A stretch of 64,000 bases of DNA, taken from NCBI GenBank assembly GCA_964364265.1, contig CAYILA010000005.1, positions 6,418 to 70,417 of the forward strand. The letters run 5' to 3'. The notes below the pieces were generated by a model. It was not told where the DNA came from, ran no database searches, and saw only the letters and a program-made list of their open reading frames with translations. The stretch comes from an uncultured Candidatus Saccharibacteria bacterium (GTDB lineage Bacteria; Patescibacteriota; UBA1384; XYA2-FULL-43-10; 1-14-0-10-43-13). Below are positions 1 through 10,853 of the stretch, piece by piece. Numbering within the stretch: the stretch's first letter is position 1; every line of letters starts with the position of its first letter. Made by a program: the position numbers and the translations under genes.

Positions 1-1062
1 TCCGGTTCATCAGCCAATCTTTTGGCTTTTTCGGCTCTCTGCTCTCCGACGCTTGGAAAGAGGCAGATAAAGAAAGGGGACGAGGTCATCACGACCGCCG
101 CAGGATTCCCGACAACGGTCAACCCGATTATTCAAAACGGTTGTGTGCCGGTATTTGTCGATATTGACCTGGAAACTTATGAGATTGATGTTTTGGAACT
201 TAAAAAGGCGCTGTCGAAAAAAACCAAAGCGGTTATGGTCGCCCACACTCTTGGTAATCCCTTTAATCTTAAAGAGGTTTTAAAGTTTTGCCGCAAACAT
301 AAGCTTTGGTTGGTTGAGGACAATTGCGACGCTTTAGGCTCAAAATACGATGGCGAATATACCGGCACTTTTGGCGACATCGCCACCTTTTCCTTCTATC
401 CAGCCCATCACATTACCACAGCCGAGGGGGGCGCCGTTGCAACCAACGACCCGATTCTCTCAAAGATAGTCCGTTCAATTCGCGACTGGGGTCGGCACTG
501 TTGGTGTCCAACCGGCAAAGACAATACCTGCAAGAACCGTTTCAGATGGCGGTCGGGGGATTTACCGGAAGGATATGACCATAAGTATATTTATGGTGAA
601 CTCGGCTATAATTTAAAGTTAAGCGACCTCCACGCGGCCATTGGCGTTGCCCAGTTAGACAGATTGACGGGTTTCATTAAAAAACGGCAGGAAAATTTCC
701 AAAAATTATCAAGGGTTTTAAAAAAATATGACCAATACCTGACTTTGCCGAAGGCGACAAAAAATTCCGATCCGTCGTGGTTTGGTTTTATTCTTACCCT
801 TAGGGACGATCATATCAATCGCGAGGATTTTATGCGCTTTTTGCAAGACAAAAACATAGGTTCCCGGCTTCTTTTTGCCGGCAATATCACCAAACAGCCG
901 TATTTTCATGATAACAAAGAGATTAAATATCGAAAAATCGGGAAGCTTAAAAATACCGATCTTGTGATGAATAAAACTTTCTGGATCGGTCTTTTCCCGG
1001 CCATTACGGACAATATGATCAAAACAGTCGATAAAGCTTTTGGAGATTTTTTCAATGACTAA
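1..1062 (+). CDS. rfbH: CDP-4-keto-6-deoxy-D-glucose 3-dehydrase (RfbH/DdhC, DegT-like fold), 5' end outside window
   Basis: Frame is open from base 1 (SGSSANLLA). Motifs AGFPTTVNP, EDNCDALG, SFYPAHHIT (His where aminotransferases have the PLP Lys), RDWGRHCWC...NTC and YDHKY are typical of RfbH. Confidence 0.92.
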   Translation, partial: SGSSANLLAFSALCSPTLGKRQIKKGDEVITTAAGFPTTVNPIIQNGCVPVFVDIDLETYEIDVLELKKALSKKTKAVMVAHTLGNPFNLKEVLKFCRKHKLWLVEDNCDALGSKYDGEYTGTFGDIATFSFYPAHHITTAEGGAVATNDPILSKIVRSIRDWGRHCWCPTGKDNTCKNRFRWRSGDLPEGYDHKYIYGELGYNLKLSDLHAAIGVAQLDRLTGFIKKRQENFQKLSRVLKKYDQYLTLPKATKNSDPSWFGFILTLRDDHINREDFMRFLQDKNIGSRLLFAGNITKQPYFHDNKEIKYRKIGKLKNTDLVMNKTFWIGLFPAITDNMIKTVDKAFGDFFND

Positions 1063-1909
1063 AAAGATATTAATTGCCGGCGCCACCGGTTTTATCGGAT
1101 CCCGCTTGGTTCACGAATTGCTTGCTAATAAATTCGAGGTCGTAATTCTTAAAAGATCTATTGAGGATACTACCAGAATCAAAAAAGACCTGAAAAAGTT
1201 GAAGTTTTTCGACACGGACAAAACCGATTTTACCACGATATTTAACGAACAAAAGATAGATTTTGTGATTAATCTGGTGACCAATTTCGGCCGAGGAGAG
1301 GCAAATCAGCCGAGCCAGATTGCCGAAACAAATATTATCTACGGTTTAAAACTGATTGAAGCGTCCGTAGAAGGAGGAGCGGAGTGTTTTTTCAATGTTG
1401 ATTCAGCCCTAAATCCCGATGTAAATCTATACTCATACACCAAACGGGTTTTTCGGGATATCATCAAGAAACATTTTAAAAGACGGATCAAGATTTTTAA
1501 CTGCCGGCTGGAGCATGTTTATGGTGAAAACGACGATCTCTTTAAATTTATTCCGATGGCGGTTTCTAAGTTAAAGAAGAATGAAGACCTGGATATGACC
1601 GACGGTAAACAAAAACTCGATCTTATTTATGTTGGAGATTGCGTCAGCGCTTTCATTTTTCTAATCAACAACGCGGACAAATACAAGAGCTCATTTTCTA
1701 AATTTGAAATTGGTACCGGTAAAACGATCTCTTTGGGTCGTTTTATTAAAAAGATTAAGGAAAAATTGAACTCAAAGTCAAAGATCAATTTCGGGTCAGT
1801 CAAGTATCGGTCGGATGAACAAATGTACTCAAGAGCCGATATTAAAACTGTTGCAGGCTGGCGCCCCAAGTATGATTTTGAAAGGGGGATTCTTCAATTA
1901 ATTAAATAA
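1055..1909 (+). CDS. NAD-dependent epimerase/reductase, CDP-abequose/paratose synthase-like
   Basis: GATGFIG Rossmann motif, YSYTK catalytic motif, RLEHVYG. Directly follows rfbH; ATG at 1055 overlaps the rfbH end. Confidence 0.75.
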   Translation: MTKKILIAGATGFIGSRLVHELLANKFEVVILKRSIEDTTRIKKDLKKLKFFDTDKTDFTTIFNEQKIDFVINLVTNFGRGEANQPSQIAETNIIYGLKLIEASVEGGAECFFNVDSALNPDVNLYSYTKRVFRDIIKKHFKRRIKIFNCRLEHVYGENDDLFKFIPMAVSKLKKNEDLDMTDGKQKLDLIYVGDCVSAFIFLINNADKYKSSFSKFEIGTGKTISLGRFIKKIKEKLNSKSKINFGSVKYRSDEQMYSRADIKTVAGWRPKYDFERGILQLIK

Positions 1910-1921
1910 CGGGGCCTTCGT

Positions 1922-2935
1922 ATGAAAAGACCCACATTTTCTATTCTATTGCCGGTCTACAAGTCGGCCGACATAGTCAGCGAAACAATCGATAGTATAA
2001 GAAAACAGACCTTTTTGGATTATGAATTAATCATCATTGACGATAAATCGCCCGATGATACTTTTCTTGTTCTAAAAAAATACGCCGCCAAAGACAGCCG
2101 CATCAGACTGTCCGCTAATAGAAAAAATCTGGGTTATGCCGGCAATTTACAGAAATGCTTGGATAAAGCTGCCGGAGAATTTGTTTTTCTAATGGGTAAC
2201 GATGATATTCTTTCGCCGATCGCTCTTTCTAGGACATATAAAGCTTTTCAAATGGATCCCGATGTCGGTGTTGTGACCAGACCATTTTACTGTTTTGAAA
2301 ACAGGGACATCAATCATGCCGTTAGGGTATTTGGCAAACCCCTTGATCCATCAAAAGATCGGATTATTTCAATTTTTGATAGCAAAAAGAAATATCTAAG
2401 CGTCTATACCTCCATCGGCCAATTATCGGGACTGGCAATGCGCCGGCGTTGGATCGAAGCTCCGGTCAACCCCCATATTTTTCCGGCTCACGCATATCCT
2501 TTCTTCTCTATTTTCAGAAACCACAAGGTGGTCCATCTTAAGGACTATCTCTTGGCGGTCAGAATTTTTTCTAGCCAGACAAGATCAATGTCATCAATTT
2601 ACGATCCCTCTCCGACCTGGACTTGGATAAAGATGTTCCAAACACTTCTGCCGGGCAAGAAATATGAATTACCGAGGAATTGGGGCATCGATTTTATCGC
2701 AAGCGACTTTGTCGGTTTAATTCAAATTAAAAACTTTGGGAAATACCGGCAGCTTTTCCGTGAAATCGGAGTGTTGATAAAATACCGTCCCAAAAATTTG
2801 ATAAATCCTAAGTTTTGGTTTTATGCTATTGGCGTAATGCTGACACCGCGATTTATCTTAATTCCACTGGTTGATTGGTTCAAAAGAAGGGTTAAATCCC
2901 AGAAACTAAAAAATGTTAAGTTGAAGATGAGATGA
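1922..2935 (+). CDS. Glycosyltransferase family 2
   Basis: FSILLPVY...[14 protein letters not shown] (DxD-like). Confidence 0.88.
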   Translation: MKRPTFSILLPVYKSADIVSETIDSIRKQTFLDYELIIIDDKSPDDTFLVLKKYAAKDSRIRLSANRKNLGYAGNLQKCLDKAAGEFVFLMGNDDILSPIALSRTYKAFQMDPDVGVVTRPFYCFENRDINHAVRVFGKPLDPSKDRIISIFDSKKKYLSVYTSIGQLSGLAMRRRWIEAPVNPHIFPAHAYPFFSIFRNHKVVHLKDYLLAVRIFSSQTRSMSSIYDPSPTWTWIKMFQTLLPGKKYELPRNWGIDFIASDFVGLIQIKNFGKYRQLFREIGVLIKYRPKNLINPKFWFYAIGVMLTPRFILIPLVDWFKRRVKSQKLKNVKLKMR

Positions 2936-3468
2936 GAATAATCAGAAACACAATCGGATATCTTATTTCCTTGCCGGCCCGTTTGAAGGGAATGAAATTC
3001 GGCCGGAATAGTTTTATTGCCCCCGGCTACGATTTTCTTTTTGAACAGCTCAAGAATATCTCGGTAGGGGATGATTGTTTAATTGGAAAAAATGCTTGGA
3101 TTCACACCATCGATAGAGGTGAAATTAGAATCGGTGATCAGACGATAATCGGTCGTCGTGTCACCATTGCGGCCAGAAATAAAATTAAAATAGGAAAAAA
3201 CTGTTTGATTTCATATGATGCCTCGTTCCTCGATCATGACCATAATTTTAAAAACAAAAAGTTATCTCCTGCCAAAAGCGGATTAACTTCAGGCTACGAG
3301 ATTGAAATTGGAGACGGTTGCTTTATCGGCGCACATTCATTTATCTTAAAAGGGGTTCGCTTGGGAAGAAATTGTGTTGTAGGAGCAAATAGCGTGGTTA
3401 CAAAGTCATTTCCCAATTATTCTATGATCGGGGGTAATCCTGCCAAACTTATTAAAAAGATTAAATAA
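2932..3468 (+). CDS. Hexapeptide-repeat O-acyltransferase
   Basis: Left-handed beta-helix repeats, IGDGCFIG...[10 protein letters not shown]...GGNPAK. Confidence 0.9.
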   Translation: MRIIRNTIGYLISLPARLKGMKFGRNSFIAPGYDFLFEQLKNISVGDDCLIGKNAWIHTIDRGEIRIGDQTIIGRRVTIAARNKIKIGKNCLISYDASFLDHDHNFKNKKLSPAKSGLTSGYEIEIGDGCFIGAHSFILKGVRLGRNCVVGANSVVTKSFPNYSMIGGNPAKLIKKIK

Positions 3469-3478
3469 GTAGAACCAT

Positions 3479-4501
3479 ATGGCCAAATCTCAAAAAAGGC
3501 AAAAAAAAATCAAATCCGATCAGTCAATATCGATCATCACCGTAACATATAATGCCAAGAATTTTATCAAAGATTATGTAAAATCAATTTTTTCCGGTGT
3601 CGCAAAACCAACCGAAGTATTGATATATGATAGCGGATCAACAGATGGTACGGTTGAACGGATTAAGAAGTATCAAAAATTGCATCCGGAAATACATTTA
3701 TTTGAAGGGGACGGTATTGGTTTTGCGGCAGGCAATAATTTTCTGGCGAAGAAAGCGACCGGTCATTTTTTGTTCATCTTGAATCCCGATACAAAAATCG
3801 ACCGCAATTGTTTATCTAATCTTGTCGCCAATCCTTTTCGCGAGGAAAAAATCTTGATGCCGAAAAGGTATCTTTTTGATGGCACTTTTTTGCATCACGG
3901 GATGGGATTGGATGTTTTTGGCTATCCGGCAGACGGCGAAATATTTTTTGTGGACGGGGCGGCAATCTTTTTAAAGACAAAAACATTTATCAATCTGGGT
4001 ATGTTTGATCCCGATTATTTTATGTTCCAAGAGGATGTTGATTTGTCCTGGAGAGCCCATCTTCGCGGTGTTGAGCTTGTAACAGCCGAAGACGCCTCAC
4101 TTTTTCATTACAGCGGTGGATCAACTCCAAGCGGAGGGATTAAAAAAGAAATAAAAAACTATACTACGAATACTTTCAAAAGGTATCTTGGCGAAAGGAA
4201 TACTTTACAAAACATCATTAAGAATTATTCATTTCCAACTTTGCTGATTATCATTCCGTCTGTTATTCTTTTTAGTTTACTTGAAATTATATTATTTACA
4301 GTTACACTTAACTTTAAATTCGTGGGTTGTTATCTGAAAGCTTATGGTTGGGTTATAATCAATATTAGAAAAATTTTAAAGAAAAGAAGGATTGTTCAGG
4401 CCAAAAGAAAGGTCAATGACTTTATGATACTGAAGAAGATGTATATCGGTAGTTCAAAAGTACAGTATTTCAAAAAATATGGCATTCCCAAGATAAGATG
4501 A
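3479..4501 (+). CDS. Glycosyltransferase family 2 (rhamnosyltransferase-like)
   Basis: SIITVTYN, DSGSTDGT, GFAAGNN, ILNPD, YFMFQEDVDLSWR. Confidence 0.88.
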   Translation: MAKSQKRQKKIKSDQSISIITVTYNAKNFIKDYVKSIFSGVAKPTEVLIYDSGSTDGTVERIKKYQKLHPEIHLFEGDGIGFAAGNNFLAKKATGHFLFILNPDTKIDRNCLSNLVANPFREEKILMPKRYLFDGTFLHHGMGLDVFGYPADGEIFFVDGAAIFLKTKTFINLGMFDPDYFMFQEDVDLSWRAHLRGVELVTAEDASLFHYSGGSTPSGGIKKEIKNYTTNTFKRYLGERNTLQNIIKNYSFPTLLIIIPSVILFSLLEIILFTVTLNFKFVGCYLKAYGWVIINIRKILKKRRIVQAKRKVNDFMILKKMYIGSSKVQYFKKYGIPKIR

Positions 4502-5640
4502 ATAATAAAACAATACTTTATAATCTAAACACCTTTCCCGTGATCGGGAACACCGTTCCGTTGGTCAACAAAATGAGCTATTGGCAGAAATCCGGTTATT
4601 CTGTTACTGTTTTTGGGAGCCGAGCTTTGATTGGAAAAATTAAAAAAGAAAAATTTCTGCTTCCTTTCAAAGCAATCGAAATTGTCGGTAAGAGTGAATC
4701 TAACAACAAAATCAGATTTATGATTGAATGCTTGAGAAGAAATTTAATTTCATTGTCGTATTTGAAAAAAATTGAAGAGAGAAAATTCGCGGTTGTCTAC
4801 ACGATATCATCGGTTTTGGATCTGGTCTTTATCCCTTTCTTGTTAAAAGTTCGCAAGAACAAATTCCTTTGGTTGACTGTTTTTGACAATACGGTACCGT
4901 TCACCGGCGCAGGAAATAAGTTAATACGTTTCTTAAACTGGTTTTTCTTTAGCATCAGTATCCGGTTGATTAAAAAAGCAGACCGCGTCTTTGCTCCATC
5001 TGGTAATGTCCGTTCATATCTAGAGAGCAGACACTTTCCGGCTCAAAAAATCATACCAACTTGTGGCGGAATCGAAGTCGATCTGATTAAAAAGGCGAAG
5101 AAAATGAAAGGCATTAAAATCGATGCCTTATACATTGGCCGCATCAACGAAGCCAAAGGTATCTATGAATTACTCAATGTGCTCGCATTGGTCAAGAAAA
5201 AAATCCCGAATTTTCAGTTGGCGATCATGGGAAATGGCGAAGAGACCACGGTAATTAAATTTAAGGATAGGATACAGAAGATGGGATTATCTGATAATGT
5301 ATTCTTTTTGGGTTACAAAGAGGGACAAGAAAAATTCGACATTATCAAAAGTAGTAAATCCTTCTGGTTTTTTAGTGAAGCCGAGGGATTCCCGCAGGTT
5401 ATAATGGAGGCAGTCTCGTCCGGCCTTCGGTGTTTCGTTTATTGTCTACCGGCCTATGATTATTATAAGAATAATGAATTGATTATTTTTAAACAGAAAG
5501 ATTATAAATCAGTAGCTAAAGCGGTCATTGCTTTATTTAATAAAAAGGATTTTGAGAACAAGGCGGGCGCCGCCTTGCTGATGGATTTTTCCTGGAAAAG
5601 AATCGCCAAACTTGAACTTGAGTCAATAATAAACCGCTAA
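4498..5640 (+). CDS. Glycosyltransferase family 4
   Basis: YIGRINEAKG and EGFPQVIMEA (E-x7-E) motifs. Confidence 0.85.
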   Translation: MNNKTILYNLNTFPVIGNTVPLVNKMSYWQKSGYSVTVFGSRALIGKIKKEKFLLPFKAIEIVGKSESNNKIRFMIECLRRNLISLSYLKKIEERKFAVVYTISSVLDLVFIPFLLKVRKNKFLWLTVFDNTVPFTGAGNKLIRFLNWFFFSISIRLIKKADRVFAPSGNVRSYLESRHFPAQKIIPTCGGIEVDLIKKAKKMKGIKIDALYIGRINEAKGIYELLNVLALVKKKIPNFQLAIMGNGEETTVIKFKDRIQKMGLSDNVFFLGYKEGQEKFDIIKSSKSFWFFSEAEGFPQVIMEAVSSGLRCFVYCLPAYDYYKNNELIIFKQKDYKSVAKAVIALFNKKDFENKAGAALLMDFSWKRIAKLELESIINR

Positions 5641-5649
5641 GACCCATTT

Positions 5650-8049
5650 ATGTCAAACAAATATTTAAAAATATTTATTAAAACCCTGCCTTTTTTATTT
5701 CTTATTCTTGTTTCTTTGATTCCCGTTTACTACACTCGGGGTAAATTGGCCATTGGCGGAGATACGATCTTACCGTTTAACCCGGAAGGGGTTCAAAAGT
5801 TTCTTTGGCAATGGTACGGAAGTGAAAACGGTCAATACTTTTCTCAGAATCTAGCGCCACTCTATTTGATTTATAAAATTGCCGCCTATTTTTCTTTGAG
5901 CTTAACGACAACCGCGGCCATTATTTTATTTACATTAAACTTTATCTCCGGTCTGGCAATTTATAAGCTTTGCAAATTGATTTATCAACCGGAAAATCCT
6001 CTCTACCTTTCTTTCCCGATTGTTTTTTATGTTATATCGCCGGCTTTATTGAATAGTTGGAGGTACTGTTTTATCTATGCCTTTGCGCCTTGGTTTGTTT
6101 ATTTTGTAATTAAGATATTGATTACCAGACGGATTACCATCCGAGATCTTGTCCTCTCGAATTTTGTCATCTTTTTTGCCTCGATCGATCTGCCAAATCC
6201 CAAGTATCTTTTCTTTTTATTTATATTTCTTTTTTCCGCGATGATTATGGCTTTGACTTTGAAAATAATTAATTTAAAGTCAATTGCCAGAAACTGGTGG
6301 AAAGCGGTCCTGTTTTCAGTGTATTTGTTTTACTTGATTATCCCATTGATTTTTTTCGCCTTGAGCTTTTCTCCCGGGAATTACAAAATACACATCAAGC
6401 AAAATTACAGCGACACAGGTCTTTTTATGGATGAAAACTCCTCGACTATTAACAGGATGGTCCAACTGCATCATAGCGGTCTCAACATTAACGCCAGGGA
6501 CAGGATCGCTTATAATGCTTCAAAGAAAGTCGTATTCGCCGGATCCGTGTTTTTTATTTGTATTTTACTGGGTCTATTATTCAAAAAGAAAAAACCTAAA
6601 TTTGAGATCGAGTTAATCTTTCTGGCACTGGTCTGTCTGTTCCTCTTCTTTGCCGTCGGCCCTAATCCGCCTTTCGGACAGATATACAAGACAATAGTCT
6701 CAAGAATAGGCGCCCTGGCCTTTTTGAGGACAACAGCCGGCGCAGTTTTTTTCCTCTCTATCTTTTATTCGGTGTTGTTATTTGGTTTTATCGAGAATTT
6801 CAAGGGCAAATCAAAACTGATAATTACGATTCTGCTAACCGTCGCGCTATTGGTATCGAGCTACCCTCTGATAAACGGTAAGTTCTATCAAAATCTGGAT
6901 GTGGTCGGAAATATGGCGATAGACACAAAAAGCCATGGGGTTAATCTGCCAAAGGAATATTTTGATATGAAGAAAGTGATTGATGAACAAAAAATCGACG
7001 GAAAACTCCTTAGTCTGAAAAATGATCTGGCCTATATGAATACAACCTGGGGTTATTTCGGACCAAGCGTTTATAATTTTATGTTTGATTATTACAACAT
7101 CGGTTATAACAACATATTTTCAACTCCAGAAAATCATAGCGTGGCCTATACGCTTGATGATAAGTCCCTAATAACCAATAAAAATGTTCCGTCCTTTAAG
7201 GTTGACAATACAACCAAAGTCCAAGAAAACAATCTTTTGATATTGAGTAGTGTCGCTTCAAACAGATATCTGCCTCATTTCTGGATTCCAAAGCAAACTT
7301 ATTCAAGCAACGAACCAATTGGAGATTTGATTCAAGATTCGAATCAAAATCAGTTTGGCAACGCTGTTTATCTGGTAGACCAGAACAAATCATCTCAAGA
7401 TATATTATCTGCCCTTCCAAAGACAACGGAAGATAAACCGACATTGGAGTATAAAAAAATCAATCCGACCAAATATCGAGTTATTGTTCATGGAGCAAAA
7501 AAGCCGTTTCCACTTATTTTTAATGAATCCTCGAATAAATACTGGAAGATATATTTAGAAAAGCATGTCCCAATCGATACTGAATCCCTAACCGAATCAT
7601 TAAGTCGCTATAATCAATTTAGGGGAGATGAAAACTTCCAAGCCACAAAAGAAGAGACAGGCAACTATATCCGGCAGGGTTTCATCTCTGAACTTAAATC
7701 AGGCGAAAGTTTAGATTTTATATCCAAAAATATGGCCGGTACTATTCAAAACAACAACCTGGATAATGGATCTTTTCTTGAAACTTGGTTTCAAAAATCG
7801 ATTCTTGATGATAAGCGACTGACTGCCAATGGCTATTCAAATTCCTGGTTGATGGATCCAAATACCATCTGCGGCCAATCAAACCTCTGCCAGATAAATT
7901 CCGATTCAAGCTTTGATTATGAAATAGTAGCCGAGTTTCTGCCTCAAAGAATATATTGGACCTCCCTCCTTGTGAGTATTTCCGCAGTATTCGTTAGCGT
8001 TATTTATCTCCTTGCGATAGGGCTAATAGCAATCTGGAAAAAGAGATGA
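5650..8049 (+). CDS. Large polytopic membrane protein with extracytoplasmic C-terminal domain, probable GT-C glycosyltransferase
   Basis: Many hydrophobic segments, GGD near the N-terminus, KINPTKYRV / ANGYSNSW C-terminal motifs, terminal TM helix, glycan-locus context. Confidence 0.55.
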   Translation: MSNKYLKIFIKTLPFLFLILVSLIPVYYTRGKLAIGGDTILPFNPEGVQKFLWQWYGSENGQYFSQNLAPLYLIYKIAAYFSLSLTTTAAIILFTLNFISGLAIYKLCKLIYQPENPLYLSFPIVFYVISPALLNSWRYCFIYAFAPWFVYFVIKILITRRITIRDLVLSNFVIFFASIDLPNPKYLFFLFIFLFSAMIMALTLKIINLKSIARNWWKAVLFSVYLFYLIIPLIFFALSFSPGNYKIHIKQNYSDTGLFMDENSSTINRMVQLHHSGLNINARDRIAYNASKKVVFAGSVFFICILLGLLFKKKKPKFEIELIFLALVCLFLFFAVGPNPPFGQIYKTIVSRIGALAFLRTTAGAVFFLSIFYSVLLFGFIENFKGKSKLIITILLTVALLVSSYPLINGKFYQNLDVVGNMAIDTKSHGVNLPKEYFDMKKVIDEQKIDGKLLSLKNDLAYMNTTWGYFGPSVYNFMFDYYNIGYNNIFSTPENHSVAYTLDDKSLITNKNVPSFKVDNTTKVQENNLLILSSVASNRYLPHFWIPKQTYSSNEPIGDLIQDSNQNQFGNAVYLVDQNKSSQDILSALPKTTEDKPTLEYKKINPTKYRVIVHGAKKPFPLIFNESSNKYWKIYLEKHVPIDTESLTESLSRYNQFRGDENFQATKEETGNYIRQGFISELKSGESLDFISKNMAGTIQNNNLDNGSFLETWFQKSILDDKRLTANGYSNSWLMDPNTICGQSNLCQINSDSSFDYEIVAEFLPQRIYWTSLLVSISAVFVSVIYLLAIGLIAIWKKR

Positions 8050-9575
8050 ATATTTATTTCCTTAAAAAAAATATCAAATATTTTATAGTTTTAATCTTTC
8101 TTAGTTCACTTTTCTTTTTGGGTCAGCGTTTTAATTCTGTTGATTACTCCACCGTGATGATCAAACTTCAACAGAAACAAACAGAAAAAATTAAAAAAGG
8201 TGTGTACGAGTCCAAATCTGGGAGTAAGCCGACGGAAATTGATCTTCCGGGCGATTACAAAAAAGGAGATTATATCCGTTTGCTCATTGATCTTGAAACC
8301 AAAAACGAACTCCTTTATCAAAATTATGAAAACCGGCCGATCGAATTTTCCATCTACGCCGCCTCTGAATATGGAAACGAGCAGTTGATCGGTCAATTCT
8401 CGCTAACCATACCCTCAAAAAGCAATTCCAGGGAATTGGCATTTAAATCGGAATTTAATATTGCGCGATTAATTATAAAGCGAACTGACACCAGGAAAAC
8501 AGGCGATCTTATTATAAGCAATACCAGAGTATATCGGTTGAATATTAGTGATAGTGGCTTAGGGGGTCTAAGGCCGACTATTATCGGCGGATATGAATCG
8601 GCCGGAATCGTGTTTCAGACATCAGCTGATCCCAGCGGCCGATACCCCTTCATTTTTAATCGAAAACAGGAGCTCTTCGGCCAAACATTTAAATCCGATA
8701 TTAAGCAAATTTCATCTGTCGATCTTGCTTTATTGTGGAAGGGGACCGGGGGATCGGGCGATTATATCATTGAATTAAAAGAAGTTCTTTCAGAGGGTGT
8801 TTATTCCGATTCGCTTGCTTATTACTACTTCAATAAGGAAGTGATGCAAGATAATTCACTTGGTAAAAGCGTCTACCGTATTCCACTGGCCGCCAACCTA
8901 TCTTTCGGTAAAACATATATTGTTACTATAAGTAACTATGGGGTTAAATTTAATTTATTTAATACTCTCAAAGTCGGAAGTCCGGAGATCGGAAACAACA
9001 AAACGCTTCCGGCAGTAACGAAAATAAGGGAAGGGAAAGTTAAATCGATCCCACCTTTGTTTATGAAGGTGAACGGAATCAAGTGTAGGGAATTCTTGGG
9101 CAGTTGTCTGCCGAACGGGGTTGTGGTTCAGGACTTGGGGGGTGGAAACGGACAGTATAATTATATGTCGGTTGGGGAGTCGACCGATATTCTTGATCTT
9201 TATAAATACGACCCGAGTACGGTGTATGATAATCTGGTGGGAGGTTTGATCGCGTCGGCGAAAGGAGAAACGAGTTTTTACTACAAATTTAATACAATCT
9301 ATACAATAAATGAGTTAAAAATTACCCTTGATCAAAGTCTCGCAAGTGCTGCCGACAATCGACTATTTTACTCTTTTGATGATAAAAACTGGCGGTCGAT
9401 AAGTCAAAACGAGGATGGCGATCCTATTTTCCAGCAAGTCGTAACTCCACCCTCAAACAATGAGAGAAATTTCTATCTTAAAATTACCTATGATCCAGAT
9501 GACGCCAGATATAAACACTCGATCTTCTTCGGTTTGGAAGGAATAAACATTGAAGCCTCACTTGTAGTAAAATAA
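8046..9575 (+). CDS. Hypothetical membrane-anchored extracellular protein
   Basis: 509-aa ORF with one N-terminal TM segment, ATGA overlap with the upstream gene. Confidence 0.7.
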   Translation: MNIYFLKKNIKYFIVLIFLSSLFFLGQRFNSVDYSTVMIKLQQKQTEKIKKGVYESKSGSKPTEIDLPGDYKKGDYIRLLIDLETKNELLYQNYENRPIEFSIYAASEYGNEQLIGQFSLTIPSKSNSRELAFKSEFNIARLIIKRTDTRKTGDLIISNTRVYRLNISDSGLGGLRPTIIGGYESAGIVFQTSADPSGRYPFIFNRKQELFGQTFKSDIKQISSVDLALLWKGTGGSGDYIIELKEVLSEGVYSDSLAYYYFNKEVMQDNSLGKSVYRIPLAANLSFGKTYIVTISNYGVKFNLFNTLKVGSPEIGNNKTLPAVTKIREGKVKSIPPLFMKVNGIKCREFLGSCLPNGVVVQDLGGGNGQYNYMSVGESTDILDLYKYDPSTVYDNLVGGLIASAKGETSFYYKFNTIYTINELKITLDQSLASAADNRLFYSFDDKNWRSISQNEDGDPIFQQVVTPPSNNERNFYLKITYDPDDARYKHSIFFGLEGINIEASLVVK

Positions 9576-9597
9576 TTAAAATCGGACAGATGATAAA

Positions 9598-10014
9598 ATG
9601 AAAAAGAAAATTGTTATAAAAGAAATACCAAAACGATATATCGATTGGGGATTTACTCTTGTTGCGTTTGTTCTGGCGATTTATTTGAACTGGTCACTCA
9701 CAGTCGCTTTCATTCTGGGTTTGGCGGTTTATGGTTTCTTAAATGATTATCGGGCTGATTTCTACAAAATGATTGCAATTATTGCCGGGTTTGTATCGGC
9801 CTTCGCACTAGCTTTTAAAATTCAAGTAATCTCCAAGGAGTTGGGTATTCTTTCATTTTCCTCGCTGATAATATTATTGATTATGATTGTAATTGAAAAC
9901 AGAAAAGAAAAAGATGAAATAAATAAAAAACAGAGTGAAAAATTTACAACAGGAACAAATTCGCTTAAAAAAAGTTATTATCAAAAAACCATCGTCGGTG
10001 AAAAAAAATGGTAA
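9598..10014 (+). CDS. Hypothetical small membrane protein
   Basis: 138 aa, about 4 hydrophobic segments, in operon. Confidence 0.7.
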   Translation: MKKKIVIKEIPKRYIDWGFTLVAFVLAIYLNWSLTVAFILGLAVYGFLNDYRADFYKMIAIIAGFVSAFALAFKIQVISKELGILSFSSLIILLIMIVIENRKEKDEINKKQSEKFTTGTNSLKKSYYQKTIVGEKKW

Positions 10015-10853
10015 AAAACAGGAAGATTCTAATATTAGGAGGAGAGGGCTTCATCGGCAGGAACTTGTCTGATGTTCTATCGGCTGATTTTGATTGTTAT
10101 TCACTGGATCATCGGAAGTCACTTTTTCCCGGTAGTAAGACCCATTTCCTAAATATCGATCCATATAATAAAAGAATTAAAGATCATTATGATGTTGTGA
10201 TTGTTTTGATCGACAATCCCGTACCGCTCGAAGAAGTTGAAAAGACAGAACAAGGAATTTTAACAAATCTCGACTTGATATCTCCGGAGCAGATAATTGT
10301 GTTCTCTTCCGCTTCAACTTATGTCTTGCCGAATTCAGAATATGCAAAGCGTAAATTGTTGATTGAGGAAATTTATAAAAAATATGCAAAGAATAGGAAA
10401 GTCGGTCTTTCAATATTACGGCTTTTTAATATTTTTGGTCCTTATCAGATACCGGATAGAAAAGGCAGTTTGGTAGCCAACCTATTTTTCAAGTATTATG
10501 CGAAAGAGTCTGTTGAAATAAATGATTTTAGCGCCGAAAGAGACCTGATATACTCACCGGACATGGCCCAATGTGTCAAAGAGGTTATTAGAAAAAAGCT
10601 TTTTGGCACCGATGACTTGGCGACGAATGAGATGACCACGATAGAAGAACTGGTTGTAAAGATCAATCAATTTATACCGGATAAAATCAAAATTATTAAT
10701 AAAAATATAAAAGAAAAAGAAACCTCTCCCAGTGCGTCAAGTCATATTGTGAAACGAATCAAATTGACTCCAATGGCTCAATCACTAAAAAAGACGGCCG
10801 ATTTTTATCAAGAAAATTGGCGAATAATTAAAGAAAAAACAGGAAGATGTTAA
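10008..10853 (+). CDS. NAD-dependent epimerase/dehydratase family protein
   Basis: GGEGFIG, YAKRK, RLFNIFGP. Confidence 0.82.
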   Translation: MVKNRKILILGGEGFIGRNLSDVLSADFDCYSLDHRKSLFPGSKTHFLNIDPYNKRIKDHYDVVIVLIDNPVPLEEVEKTEQGILTNLDLISPEQIIVFSSASTYVLPNSEYAKRKLLIEEIYKKYAKNRKVGLSILRLFNIFGPYQIPDRKGSLVANLFFKYYAKESVEINDFSAERDLIYSPDMAQCVKEVIRKKLFGTDDLATNEMTTIEELVVKINQFIPDKIKIINKNIKEKETSPSASSHIVKRIKLTPMAQSLKKTADFYQENWRIIKEKTGRC